Positions 26,532 to 40,340 of a stretch of 64,000 nucleotides of DNA are shown here, piece after piece. The notes beneath the pieces are model-generated. The model did not search any database and had not been told where the DNA came from. It was given only the letters and a program-made list of their open reading frames with translations. Location of the stretch: contig CM119372.1 of assembly GCA_051294905.1 (NCBI GenBank), positions 24,554,001 through 24,618,000 on the forward strand, read 5' to 3'. Every line of letters starts with the position of its first letter. The first letter of the stretch is position 1. Position numbers and translations under genes: made by a program. Origin of the DNA: Botryllus schlosseri. Lineage: Eukaryota.

Positions 26532-27503
26532 CAGTGTTGGGATGACTCGAGTCATGACTTGACTCGAGTCAGACTCGAGTCACCTTTTTCGTATGACTTG
26601 ACTTGACTCGAGTCACTTTGCAAAAATGACTTGACTTGACTTGACTCGGCGCTTCAGAAATGTGGATTGACTCGTGACTCGGAGCAAAATTAACGAGTCA
26701 ATTTCAAGTCATTAAGTAAACGGTGTCGATTGAATCACCCTTACCTTATGTATGTTCGAGTTGTCCGCGATGCGTCGGTGTGACCTATGAGAGCAATCAG
26801 TCATTCACTGATTGTACGTTTCACTGATCCTCGATTGTTACATCACAAATAAATTGACCGCTAACGACGCGATCACTGCTTACGATGTAGTAGCAGTAGT
26901 ATCGATGTTTCTTAGACGACTCAGTGCTTACATTGCGCAGTGCTCACCGTTACCAACACTCTTATATGAGTTAAATCGAACGAATATAGTTTATGCCCGT
27001 ATATTCTCACGGATGTGTAGAGGGGTAGTGCCTATTGTAGCACATCAATTTGTTCAACTTATCGAGGCATCATATTCGATACTCTATATTGGCTGATAAA
27101 ATCAGACTGTAGCATGTAGAATGTAGATATATAGTTACTCGCGTATTTTATTAGCAGTTCTATGTGTGTGTGAGCGACGCAACACCTTTTTGCATGTATA
27201 TTTAACTTTATATTCGTTATTTGATTCAAGATAAATGGCCAATTAATTTGTCAATCACCCAGTTAGCAAAATGTAATGACTTTGCGTCATCACTCATACT
27301 TCGAAAGCTCAATTTGACTTGAATCGTGACTTGACTCGTGACTTGACTTGACTCGACTTGACTCGAGTCACCTCCAAAAATCGAGTGACTTGACTTGACT
27401 CGAGTCACCTCCAAAAATCGATTGACTTGACTTGACTCGAGTCAAAATGTGCAATGACTCGAGATGACTCGTGACTCGAAGGTAGTGACTTGATCCCAAC
27501 ACT
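26532..27503. mobile_element. hAT-like element with dense GACTCGAGTC/GACTT subterminal arrays
   Basis: CAGTGTTGGGAT...ATCCCAACACT ends with motif arrays at both ends; TSD not clear. Confidence 0.7.
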
Positions 27504-28690
27504 CTGCGAGCGTTAACGCAAGGTTCAATGTTGGACGAGACTTTCTCTCGTAATTGCGAATATAGTTAGACTCAATCTAGTACATTAGGCGTTTTGTCAT
27601 TTTCAGGAGGGGGTAACAATATTAAAAGTGAGAAATCGAGTGACAACATATTGCGGAAAGCGTGAAGAAAATTTAGACTTTAGCTAAATCTGCAGAATAT
27701 TCCGCTCTATTGTAGGCTAATGTACGAAGATCGACCAAAAATGTGACTGGCCCATGGATCTGCCAGTGCGTCGGCATTGATATTTTAGTCGTCACATCCC
27801 AAGTGTTGCGGCCAGACTAATCAAATTTTTGGTTGGACTTGCAAGTTCACAATCTGGGCAATCCACTTTTGATAATATTACTGATTTCGAAAATTACCTC
27901 GCGGCTCACTCAAAACCTTCTCGCGGGCCACGGGTTGGCCGCCCCTGATCTACAATAAAACGAAATCTAGGTTGCAAAAAAGTTGACTTTGTAAACAATT
28001 TTGAGGATTTTTTGACATGACGCTAAAATGTTGACAAAATTTTGACTTTTTGTGACATAACACAAAAATCGGCCCACATCAGACCAATGTGCTCTCTAAT
28101 TTTTCACAGTCTGTGCGCACTCATCAACCCACTACGCGGTCCCTTCGACAACAGTGCGTAACGACTAAAAAAAAAAAGAAAAATTGATGACACTTCGGAT
28201 TTTGTGTGCGCAGTGTAAATTTTCTGTGCACAGAGCAAATGTGCAAATGCGCGCGTGCACAGCTTTACAGCTTAGAGGATACCTTATATCAGAGCATTTC
28301 CGTTGGATGTGGATTGGAATTAGATTTACTATGTTTTTTCAGTCGGATATTGGTTTGGAATTGAAAGAGGATGCTGCAACTGCGGTGGTCTGTTGTTGCG
28401 ATTTCGTTAGTGCTCAGAATTCCCCATCGGTATCTGATAACATCATATATTGCCATATCGGCAATATCAACAGAACAGCAGTAGATAACACATATTAGGT
28501 GTAATGTGTCCAATTCGTGGATTTCTACATACGATTTGTACCACGCCACTTATTTAAGGATCGCCAGAAGCTTTGTGTCAATAAAATTAGTCGCAGGATA
28601 TGATGAACGTGTTCTGCAAATGTAGTCGGCAATCTGTTGTTGAGGTTTTATTAGTCTTCTTTGCATTGACTTCTGTACCCCTAAACGCAG

Positions 28691-28842
28691 GGTGCGAACC
28701 GCTTGGGATGATCTTTGCCGCTCGCCACGGGTCACGGTACAGAACACAACCAAACGAGGCCGAAAATTTTGCAAAGCTCGAAGATCTGCAAGAGAAGTTG
28801 AACATGACAGGAAAGGCAAAAATGTGCCCGGAAGACCTAAAA
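28691..28842 (+). CDS. MINPP1: MINPP1-like exon 2 (contains RHGxR nucleophile motif)
   Basis: Acceptor AACGCAG|, reads CEPLGMIFAARHGSRYRTQ...MCPEDLK, donor |GTGAGT (phase 0). Confidence 0.9.
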
Positions 28843-29154
28843 GTGAGTTGCCTACTGTACAAGGGTAGCCTACTGAAGCGAATGCGTGATTAAATGATAT
28901 AGAGAGCATAATGTCGTCGGTGATCGAAATTTACTGGATGGAACCCAAAAAAACAATATGGTCACCAGCAGACTTGGATCAATTGTAATTTGGAATTGAG
29001 CTGAATGTAATTAGTTACATTTTTTCATGTAATTAAATCATTTCTAATTTCTTTAATTGTAATTGGATATAAATTTTGCTCAATTACAATTTCAATTACA
29101 TTGTTATGGAAACCTGACAATCACAACATAAAATAATCAAAGAGACGCTTAGGA

Positions 29155-30899
29155 GTACAGAACTTCATGACACATTTGAATAAAATATTCATTTTATTCC
29201 CGAAGCTTTTCGGCTGACCCTCGTCAGGGGAGTATCGTCAGCAATAATGCGAGAATTCGAATAACTATGTTCAGCAACAATATATATCGCTAATTATGAC
29301 GTAACACATAAAATATACAAAGTTAGGAAAACGAGAGAACTGAAGCGTTGGCATGGAGAAAGCGAAGCAAAACAAGTTAATGCGCGATTTTCAAATGATA
29401 TACAAATTCTTTCTGTTGGCATAGACTAGGTTTGCTCATAGTGATGATGGTGGACTCAAGAACAGACAAATGAAATAAATTGCGACCCTTAGCCAATATA
29501 GAGAACATGTCCTCGTGATAGTTAGCAGCACACGTATGATTTTCTAGTAAATGTTTGCCTATAGAAGATTTTTGACCCATGGCCTGGTTATGTTCAAGAA
29601 CAAGCGGATTGTTAAGCTGCGAATTTGAGATATAAGATTTGACAGACGGTGGAATGTGGTCTTTGATACGGTCCTGCAACCGTTTGGAAGTTCTCCCTAC
29701 GTACCGACAATCGCAGTGGCACTTGAATTCATAAATTACGTTGCTTTGTTTTATAGCCGGGAGAACGTCCTTTCGGGTTGCAGGAAACATTGGTATCGTG
29801 GTAAAAACAACATTGGTTTTCACCGCTGGATAACAGCGGTAGACTGCTGAAGTTATCTGTTTCTCAAATCGATAAGAAACCGGGCCAATCCAAGGAAGAT
29901 GAATGTACACATCCCTATTTTCACGCGGAATTACTTCGGGGGTTTCTTCTGGTTTGGTATCATTCCAATGACTTAACTTTTTACTTATTGCCCGCTTAAT
30001 AACATACTCTGGGTATCCGTTGTCAATGAAAATTTTACGGATGTAGTCAAGTTCATTATTCAATTTGACCTCGGAAAAATCATCAACGCCCGGTGAACCA
30101 AGGTGCCGATTAAATTGATTTTACGACTTTTTGGGCTGAAAGAGCTCCATCGAAGGTAATGACCCGAAAATGTGGGCTTCCTATAAACGGAGGTAAGGAA
30201 TTTGCCATCCCGTTTCTCCACAAGAACGTCAAGGAATGCCAGGCGATTGTTAATTTCTTTTTCCGACGTGAATTGCAATGCTGGATGTAGTTTGTTTAAA
30301 TTTTCCAGGAAACTATCACAGTCAGATTCATCATCGAATATCACGAACGTGTCATTGACATAGCGATGGTATGATAAGGGCGGTTTAACACAAGAAGAGA
30401 AGAGCTTATCTTCATGAAATCCTACAAATATATTGGCTAGAATAGGACCCAATGGTGATCCCATTGCTACACCGTCAGATTGTCGGAACATGATATTATT
30501 GAAACTAAATTCAACAGAACACACAGCGCTTCTCATCAATTCAATGAAGGGAGCTCTCGAGAAAGGAGGGGGTATTAGCTTACCGTTATATAGAGCATCA
30601 GCGCAAATATTCAACGTCTCATTTAGTGGTACGTTGGTGAAAAGGCTCTTTATGTCGAATGAGCCTAGGAAATTATCGCGCGCGGATAGCTGTGAGCGAC
30701 GCATCTCATCAGCGAAGGTAAAAGAATCGCGTACGCAAAGCGACCCGTAAAGTTCGCGAACAGGTTACAGTATGTTGATCAACCACTTCGCCAACTTCTG
30801 TTGCATTGACCAAGTCATGCTGAGTATCGGTCTGAGTGGCACATCGTCTTTATGCGTCTTCGGTAATCCATACATACGCGGTCTTTGGGAGCCAACAAT
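29155..30899 (-). mobile_element. 5'-truncated, inactivated Penelope-like retroelement (RT + GIY-YIG endonuclease + terminal repeat)
   Basis: RT motifs MYGLPKTHK, LRPILS, SFDIKSLFTNVP, GVAMGSPLGPILANIF and RYVNDTF (YVDD mutated). Frameshift at ~30060. GIY-YIG region NVIYEFKCHCDCRYVGRT. Confidence 0.95.
29199..29230 (-). ncRNA. Minimal type I hammerhead ribozyme
   Basis: Minus strand: CCC-CTGACGA-GGGTCAGCC-GAAA-AGCT-TC-GGG, in the Penelope 3' terminal region. Confidence 0.75.
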
Positions 30900-33828
30900 A
30901 ATCAATCAATCATTTATCCGTCACACCAGTGACAATCCGGTACGGACCACGATGACGACGAGGAGCCGCAAGGCCTCAAGGCCTTAGTACACCGCAGTCG
31001 CCACCTATAATAATTAGCCTGTTTACATCGTTGTTCTATGCGTGCCGCGTTATAACTAGATAATTCAGCCATGCTAAACTGTTTCCCATACTTCAGTAGC
31101 AACAGAAATCTTTTGTTAATTACAATATAGGATAAACCAGTGGTTCTCAAACGGGGGGCGTGAAAGCATCTGAAGGGGGCGCGTAGCTCCAGTAAACTGA
31201 AAGTTTTTCTGCACCTAGCACGATTCACCTCCATTTCATAGTTATTACTCTGTGTATAGTCCAAATTTCATATATTGGAGAATTCTCTCATCAACAGTCA
31301 CGACCATCCATACCGCCAAGCTATCCGTAAGGATTGCTAACATTTTGGTTTCATTGTGTGATAAGGGGGGCACGAAATATCTTACTGTCATAAAGGGGGG
31401 GGGGGCGTGTCTAAAAAAGTTAGAGCACCAGTGGGCTAAACTAAATCTTAATATTTCAAAAATGGATGAACAGCAAATAAACTCTCCTGAAACCTGTGCT
31501 AACCATTTCCTACACCACAGACAGAGTTTTTTTTAATCTCTGACAAGTAGGCCTACCGTTGCTTGCTGCAACAATTGCAAAAAGAAATTCAAGTTTCCAA
31601 CCAAGGCTTCATCAAACTTGATCACGCATTTGCATAGATGTTATCACAATCTTACCTCCAATCTTGGCCAAATTTACTGGGGTCAGAAACTTTTCGCACC
31701 CCAATGTTCATAAAATGCAATCTAAGAGTTTCCGAGAAAGTGAAAATGTAAATGCAAACCAAAATATTGTAATTCGTAGTTATCAGGAGGTTCTGTCCTT
31801 TTGCATTTATGTTAATTTTACACACCTTATCGGTATCATCATTATTGCTGACGCCTTACCAATTACATTTCATTATCCTCACTCAGCTCTGACTAACCTA
31901 AGCGTTTGATTACATTTCATTGATTGTCCCGTAGCCTATTCGCTGTTAGTCGCTCAGACTTATAGTTGTTAACAGTCGCTTGAAACTTTCTTCTGTGTTT
32001 GTAGTTTCCAGTATCATTATTAGGAATAGTTCGAATACGTTCGAGTTTTTTTTTCAAATTAAGGGTATTCTATGTATCATGAATGAAGCATGAATAGCTT
32101 GAGATAGTTGCTGATTACGTCGCTGCGGTTGTCAAAGGACACCTCTCTACCGAATCAATTACATGTTTAGCAGTAAGTGTAAGTGTAATTGTAATTGTAA
32201 TTGGAAATATTTACTTGTTTAACAGTAATTTTAATTGTAATTATAATTTGATATTTTTAGCATTGAGTAATTGTAATTGTAATGTAATTGAAACATGCAA
32301 GGGAGTAATTGTAATTATAATTGTAATTGAACTGAATCATTGTAATTAATCGAACTCTGGTCCCCAGTTGCTAAAACTGGTAGTCCTAAAGTAATTTGTT
32401 GTAGAATTTTAGGTTCCACATTGTCCCGTTGATATCGCGGTGTGGAATATTCGAAAGCTGATTCTCAATTGAATTGTGTTTCTAATTCGTAGTAGCCTGC
32501 ATTGGCAGTCGGCACTACTACTAGTCATCTACCAGTCTGGCAGCCTACCAGTTATTCATATGACCTCAAAACTATATGATATATTGTGCGAGAAGCAAAC
32601 TGGATATGGATATTTCGCAACCTGAAAAGGGCTTTTGACACCCGTTGATCATACTATCTCAATAAAGAAACTTGATTTTACGGTGTACGCGGAATCGCAA
32701 ACCAACTTTCCAACTCTTACCTAAGCAATCAATCTTGATTTGTTGAAATCAATCCAATTAAAGGGGCACTGCGCTCTAAAAAATGATGTGGTCTCAAATT
32801 GAAGCGCAAATCGAAAATTTTTTTTGGCTGCAGCCATTTTCTTCAGAAAGCCATCGTAATGGAGCTGCAATTAAATGAATTTTGCATAAGCCCTGTTCCG
32901 CTCCAGCTACCGCGTTGCTACCCGTTGCGAAATTTCTGGCGCGATGTTTTCACCGTCGCACTTGCTCGACGCGACCTCCATATTGTAGCTTCATTTCTTT
33001 ATGTAGTACGAGGAAAACATATGCCCCTCACTTTGTTTCCACAATCCATATGGTACAACAGCACGGACTCTCGACACCTTCCTGTCTTTCATTTTATCAC
33101 AGTCTTGTGGTGTATTGAAATGATCAAAATTTTAGAAATAAATTGAATTGAAAAAATGGATGAATTTGTCTGGAATAACACGGCGCATAGTTGAGGAGCA
33201 AGCGCGCACGAGAGTGAGAAGGGGAATGCTCAATCGGTTGTGCAAAACTGGCTATACGCTTGCGGTTTCCGCTGCTCCTCGCCTGCTCCTAGGCGGCATC
33301 GTTGCGTCACAATACCAACTCCGTTACAATGCAACATTCGAGGCTGATTTTGGGGGGGTTCCAGGATCACGAGCAGAATAAAATTTATATTTTCGCAATC
33401 AGTACTGCGGTAGCGTTCGGGTGATACCAATTTTATAAATTTTCGCGCTCGGCAAGTCGTTATTAAATTACATTAAATTTGCCTTCGGCCAAATGGAAAG
33501 TGTGACGTAGACCAATCGCAGTGAGCCATAAGATTTCCTTGTGCCCACACCATACAGGACACTATCCTTTCATAAATAACCACGGTCGTTGAAGCAAAGT
33601 AATATAGCCGTAAAAATCGACATGGTTGAAAAATTATCCAGGTGGTTCAGAGTATGTCTGCACGGCCAACCTTTAAAAATCTTTTATCCCAGACGCTAAC
33701 CAAAATGGTTATTGGTTGCGTGCCCCTGGCTAAAAAATGTTTGAAAATCAATTACCGACAGGATTGTTGAATTCAATTTTGGAGATCAGGAGAATTCTGA
33801 TTTTTTTTCAATGTAACGTTATTTCCAG

Positions 33829-33968
33829 GACATCAAACTCTGGCGTAACTGGTTCCATCCTGATCTGAAATCGGATCTTACGAAATTGGGTTACGAAGAA
33901 ATGACTGAGCTCGGGAAAAGATTTTCCAGCGCCTTCCCGCAACTTTTCTCGGAAGGGAATAATATACA
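33829..33968 (+). CDS. MINPP1: MINPP1-like exon 3
   Basis: TTTCCAG| DIKLWRNWFHPDLKSDLTKLGYEEMTELGKRFSSAFPQLFSEGNNI |GTATGT (phase 2). Matches the MINPP1 W..W...L...G..M..L..R....FP.LFS pattern. Not in the ORF track. Confidence 0.9.
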
Positions 33969-34644
33969 GTATGTAATTCTTTTATTTCGCAACTTTGTGT
34001 CATTAGTGCATTAAATCGCCACCACAGTGACCGTCAGCAAAGCATATGTTGAAAACCTCTGCATATGTATGCATCACAATGTGCCTGCACCGTGCATGCT
34101 CCATGGATTTCATGAACATTTCATACCGGAATAAAATTTGCGATGGTTAGGGCTCAGGATAAAGTTCTAACTTTTTCTATTGAATACTTGATTTGACAAA
34201 TGAAGGTTTATAAACAAAAGTTAATACATCAATTTAAAACAAACACGGGTCCTGTTTAAAACATGTTTTTTAAGCTATGACTCCAGGGATATTCAATCGT
34301 GACGTCATAGTGGATTGACATTGACAATTGAAAATATAGGGTAAATACAGCTATTGAACCGACTATTTTGTGGTTTCCAACTATCCCATGTCGTATATAC
34401 GTCGGCTATGTCGGGTGTAATCGTCCGTCTAGGCTCATACAACATGTTTTTGGAAAGTATTTACACAATTATGGCATGATTATACAAATTTAAAAAACAC
34501 AATTTTTTTAAAAGGTCGTTGTTTAAAACACTGTTTGAAACATGTTTTAAACAAAATGTTTTGTACAACAATTTGTTTTATATGCAACCTCAAGTATGAA
34601 ACTACAGACGATTTGCACCATATATAGTCGTATATAGGCCTATA

Positions 34645-36788
34645 CATAGGCGCCGACTTACGAGGTTACGAGGTGGCGCAGCCACCTCGTCACCATATTT
34701 ACGAGGTGGCGGCCACCTCGTACGAAATGCTCAAACGCCCAAGTTGTTTGTGACCAGTAATTAGTAATCAGGCGAATCGATGCGACCTCCTCAGAGACGT
34801 CTTCGTTATTTATACGCGCGTGTACCATGCGCGTAGGCAGGGGGTTCGAATCCCCCTGTTTGAAACGCGAAACCCCGTCATTTTGAAATGACCATTTTAA
34901 CTCCAATATTCAGTCAGTAATTGTGTAATCATTGTTCCGTGCGGCGAATTTGCGAGAGGCAAGTTTTCAACCAGCGCCAAGCGCTGCGTGATGATATCCC
35001 GCTGAGATGGTCGCGAAATTAGGTCAGTCTTGCCGTGTGCGTGGCAATCGTCGTCAGCCTGATTTATCGCATCTCGAACAAGCCTGATTCCGCTGGCTTG
35101 AACAATCGCATCTGCAATAGGCCCAGTTCAAACTATATCATCGCTTGTCTGCGCAATCGCATCTGCATTGGCGGCTTCTGCCTGGTGTGCACGATATCAT
35201 GGTGTTGATGATTATACGGCATACTCGTATGATAAGCTTGTCGACGAGTCCGGAAGTGATGTTAATTAGCGACTCCCTGATCTGTCGTGAACAATTAAAT
35301 ACACGCGCTTATCAATGCGTCGTACGTCTTATGTAGCGTTGGCGATGATTTGCGCAAGTCAATATGTACGAGTTCATTTGGAATATGTGCTACAATGACG
35401 CCGATTTCAGGTGGTTCAAACCTTTCCTCTTTTATAACTCAAGCCTTATCACAGCTTCTGATGGTTATGTTCAAGTATTAGCGGAAATCAATTACGCATG
35501 TACGCACGCGTCGCACCTGTTTGCGGACATTCGATGTCATTCAGTTTCGCGGAGTCACTCTTTAACCACAATCGCTAATCAGCATACACTTAACGGCATT
35601 TTATCCAAGCTATCGCCATCGGAAAGTAGAAGCCAAAGCATGGTAGGCCCGAGACGCGGTAGTTAGGCTAGCGATATCTATCGTACTAGGCCTATTGCAG
35701 ATGCGATTGTGTAGGCCAGCGATGATCTCGTGTGCACCAAGCCAATGCAGATGCGATTTTGTAAGCCAATGATGATATCGTGCGCACCGGGCCTAGTGCA
35801 GATGCGACTATTCAAGCCAGCGGAATTAGGCTTGTAGGTGACGCGATAAATCAGGCTACAAACAATTGCCGAGCGCGGGGCAATGAATGACCTAATTTCG
35901 CAATTATCTCAGCGATGGATCGCGTCGCGTTACATTGTGCAGTGCAATGCGTACGGACGAATCTCGCTTATTGTCGACACGCCTTTCGTTAATTGGCCGC
36001 GCGTAACAGTGATAATACGACTGAATTGCAACCGAGTATTGCCTTCAGAGCGCTCGTTTGAAAAGGGCGGGGTTTCGCGTTTAAGGAGGGGATTTCGCGC
36101 TTCCAAAGGAGGGGCTTTCGACCCCCGAAACCCCCTGGCTTCGCGCCTGGATGTACTCCAAAAGTGCTTAGCGAACGTAAATCGGGAAATGCACCAATGC
36201 CGCCAAAATCCCTGTTTTAATCTGCAAACAATTGCCGCGATGCGACCTTCTCAATGCGAAGCCAGAAACCGCACGAGACAATTGCTGATTAGCTGCGCGA
36301 TTTCACGTTTGTAATCATCATTATTGTCGGTTTGAAACATTATATTCGAGAGTTGTCGTGTGTTACCTGCGAACTTGCCAGCCCAGTGCGTGGTGTATTT
36401 CGTTACTCACACGACGCATTGCGCGTTGATAACATTGATGCAACTTCAAATTCTTAGTGACGTAAATTCTGATTTTTGTGCGATGCATTCCGCCTGATGG
36501 AATGCATCGTATACATCGTCGGACGAATGATCGTACCGTTTTAAGATTCCACTTAATAACTTGACTGCATGGTTTGATAATAATGCGTGCAGAGTCGTAA
36601 AACGTAACGTAAAACGTTAACGCTGATCAATCAATCAATCAATCAGTGATTGGTACTCTGCACATGCACATACACCAGCGGCATTAGGAAAGTGCGTTTT
36701 AGTGCGACGATGACGTCATCGACACGGAACAATTATGACGTCTCAAGACTTCGCCACCTCGTAAAAAAAATAAAAGTCGGCGCCTATG
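34645..36788. mobile_element. hAT-type element with internal inverted-repeat structure
   Basis: TIR CATAGGCGCCGACTT/AAGTCGGCGCCTATG; perfect TSD GGCCTATA. Internal imperfect inverted repeats at ~34840-35200 and ~35680-36150. Confidence 0.85.
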
Positions 36789-37261
36789 GGCCTATACGTA
36801 TTTTTATTTTTCATTTTAAGACAGGAGTCCGCAGCCTTCCTCGTCAAAGGAGTCATCTTTGCCCTATATTTTCACTTGTTAATGTCATTCAACTGTGACG
36901 TTACTATCTAGGAGTCGTGACTTCGTGACTACATAAAAAGCCAAAAACCAAAATAAATAACATGTTTTGACACGGGCCATGTTTAAACATGTTTGTTTCA
37001 AATTGATTTTTGTTTTAAATGCAACCGGGGTCTACGATGCATAAACCAGGCTTAGGCATAAGGATATCGCCCACGTTGGGAACCAATGCTCTGAACATTT
37101 CTGGCATTATTCTGTAGGCAGTACGTCAAATCTTCAAGATGCTTGTTAACCGTTGATTACATCCAATAATAGGATGATATTTTTGTGTCACGGCGTATTT
37201 CGAATTTTGACCAATTTGCTAAAAAATATTATTATTATCAACACTATGCTATTTTTCGTAG

Positions 37262-37452
37262 ACACTATTCGTCAAACTTTCAAAGGACACGTGAATCTGC
37301 CAGAGTGTTTATGGAAAATACATACAACTCGTCGAGGCCAATCATCGTCAACAACACGATTGTTACTGGTTTGATGACTAGTTGCAAACGATACATGAAA
37401 GAAATTTGGACTAATCCAAACATCACGACTGAAGCAAACAAATTTGCAAAAG
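37262..37452 (+). CDS. MINPP1: MINPP1-like exon 4
   Basis: TTTTCGTAG| HYSSNFQRTRESARVFMEN...SCKRYMKEI...EANKFAK G|GTATTT. Carries the conserved Arg of the SS...R...SA..F motif; phases 2/1 fit the neighbouring exons. Confidence 0.88.
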
Positions 37453-39487
37453 GTATTTGTTGAATGCGGGGGCTTTTCGTGCACAAGCTTTGTAGTTTCG
37501 AGGAACCTGATTAGCGCAGTGGTTATATCGCGTTGCACGTGTGATCTCGTGGTCGTGGGGTAACATTTCGAGCTAGACTTTGCCCCCAACTCTCCTGCAG
37601 TCAATTTTGTGGATTTCAACGGTCGAAATTCACTATTGAACCGTCCAGTGTATAAACACGCTCTCGCCACGACTAACAATTCCCACTTCACCGGATAATG
37701 CATCCGTATAGATGGGCCGCCACGTCATGAACTGCAAAAATATAATTACCAGATTGTGATAACAAAGGTTATTTCATAGTTTGCGTTACGCGCGTTCGAC
37801 ATCAAATCGAAGTGCATAACGCGAGGGTGAACTGTATTCTTTCGCAGCGGCATTCAAGGTGCTGGCAATTAGAAATATAGCGTTGGTGCGGCTAGCGTTG
37901 GGATCCTGGAAAATCCCGATCCTGGGATTTTAGGCGATTATTCTGATCCTCATACCTGGTTACGACTTATTCGAAAATGCCACTCACCCGCGACTCAAGG
38001 CTAGCAAGGGACAAACAAATATTCAATTATTCCAATTCTGGAGAATTATATGCGAATCATAGCCTAAATCTCCTATAGTTGATGTGGCGTGCCGGTGAGT
38101 TGCCTTTACCACAGGGATTTTATGAAATGGAAAGGTTGGCCACACTGAACACCATTTTCTCTCACGCCATTTATTTCCAAAACACACCATGATTCCAACC
38201 CGGGTTCCTGGCAATTCTGCCTTAGCTTTTTGCAAAGTGAAGATGAATGTTTCGAGGTAGCATGACGCAGGCATGTCGGCCTACTCCATTTACATATAAA
38301 TTGGTCTGTAGCATCTGTACATCGCACTGCATCACTACACATTCTGCAGCTACAAGATAACAGATTTGCCATGTTGTATTTTGGACTCTCTATGGCAACA
38401 TTGACAATGGTGAATTTACATATCTGCAGTGCAACCAACATATAATTTTTGGCAAAGGGCTATCCACTATCCTACAAAGCACATATCGACTACATTTCAA
38501 AGTTTCAATTTATCAAGGGTTCTGACTGGCATAAGTTGGGGAGCTGGTAAGAAGAGTATTCTGTGTGTCTACCGATCACTCGTTTGATCAATCATCGAGT
38601 GTGGAAGGCCAGTGTACTTTTTTGCCCCTTCTAATCTCAGCTAAAGAAGATCCAGGCTATCCAAAGCAAGGCTCTACGCATCTGTACCAGACATGGGTTA
38701 ATCGGCATTAGTAACCGTAATCGATTACGACGATTACAGGATTTTTAAGTAGTCGTAATCGTAATCGATTATTTCAAAGATCTAATCGATATCTTTGTAT
38801 AAGAACGATTACTTATTATTATTATTATTGATAGCAGAAACGTTGGGTTTCAAACTCCATTGCTCACTATTGCCTCACAAGTATTAGCTTTCCTCGTCGA
38901 TGCAAAAGAAATTATCCCACCCACCGGTTTTAAAAATTGGCTCATAGAAAGCATTATCTTTCTCTTGCAACCGGGTCACTTGCGATTTAATGCTCGTTTG
39001 TTTATTCGAATGGTAGACTCTCATTTTTGTTGTTATTGCCGCTACCTCGACACGGTGGATATAATTTTTACTCAGTTGCCGAAAATATGATTTTCATTGT
39101 AGATTTCTTATTGATGAATGTGCTCAATTAAAAGTGAATTTTTATTGCCTATTTGCTCATTGATTCTCGCATAACTCGGTATGTCGTTGAATTTACAGTA
39201 TCGTGTATCCGCAATTTGTTCTCTGAGTGTATCATTCTATTCTTATATTTGATCGTAAGTTCGTATATGGTTCAATTATTAGTGTTATTCTGTAATTCTG
39301 TAATTGTGTAGTTCTGACGCGCTTGTTCCTAGTCCACTCTGATATTTGATCATTATATGCGACCTCCTTTCTTCTTGAACAATGTAAATTTGATTGACTG
39401 TGGTGCAAAAAGCCGTCAGCCGATAAGCGCCAAATCTTTTTGTTTAAACAACAAACACAACTAACTTAACAGCGTATGCTTTTCCAG

Positions 39488-39661
39488 GAGATGTCTTCGT
39501 TAAAATGGCATCGGACATTGCTGAACGGCTTGGCGTGCCGGAGACCGAAATCGATTACAATACTATAACTACATTGTATGTAGATGGCTGTGCGGAACAA
39601 GTGGCAGTGGATGGAAAGGATAGTCCGTGGTGTCTGGTTTTCACAGCTGACGATATAAAGG
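39488..39661 (+). CDS. MINPP1: MINPP1-like exon 5
   Basis: TTTCCAG| DVFVKMASDIAERLGVP...CAEQVAVDGKDSPWCLVFTADDIK G|GTAAGG. SPWC.VF motif characteristic of MINPP1. Confidence 0.92.
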
Positions 39662-40340
39662 GTAAGGGAGTTGGCGTTCTTGGAATTAGGAAATCAAATA
39701 TTAACAGCCATCGGGGTTTCGCAATGCATCGCATTATAGGCTATTGAACATGAAGGTGATGGATTGCGTCACAGTGAAAATATTAACGTTCGCCCATTAT
39801 TATGCCTGCTGAGTTTTGATTCAACGATTCAGCATGTCCGGTGAATGTTCGTAAATGTAATTGAACTTGGCTTTCAACAGTTTCATTCTGGATCGTGCAT
39901 TACTGTCGGATTATGTTTAGTATGTCATTACTATATGAGTCAAGCACAATGATTAGTCCAAGTACTCCTATCCGAACGGAGTTAATTACAATGATTCGGG
40001 TCGAATTGTTAGCGGACATGGTGCAATCGTGATAAGTAATCGGAATCGATTACGACGATTACAGCATTTTCAAGTAGCCTAATCTCAATCGTGATCGATT
40101 ATTTACCGTATCTAATCGATTTGTTTGTGAAAGAATGATTTCTTTTTTCTTGAAAAAGGACCATAGAAACTGAACATTCGCGGACAAGAAAGAATGCAAT
40201 TTTATACCACGTTATTGATAACAGATAGCAGGTTTTATTCCAAACGCCACTGCTCAGTGTTACGTCACAAATATTAACTTTGCTAATCGTTGAGTAACGC
40301 GTTATCCATTGATAGTAAATAGATGTTCGATAGTACTGTG

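Larger units (their letters stand above)
25850..27947. mobile_element. hAT-type element with nested insertions
   Basis: TIR CAGGGGTGGCCAACC/GGTTGGCCGCCCCTG; 7/8 TSD ATTTACAA/ATCTACAA. Confidence 0.75.
28969..32359 (+). mobile_element. Decayed hAT transposon with GTAATT subterminal arrays and a BED zinc-finger remnant; hosts a Penelope element and a MITE
   Basis: CAGA...TCTG ends; 7/8 TSD GTCACCAG/GTCCCCAG. ~31558-31650 translates VACCNNCKKKFKFPTKASSNLITHLHRCYH (BED finger). Nested MITE at ~31138-31432. Confidence 0.75.

Noticed and set aside
28600..28893. 97-aa ORF as a stand-alone gene
   Set aside because: Only 28691-28842 is exon; the ATG and the tail lie in introns bounded by good splice sites. 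The same applies to the track ORFs starting at 24582, 37185, 39505 and 57368.
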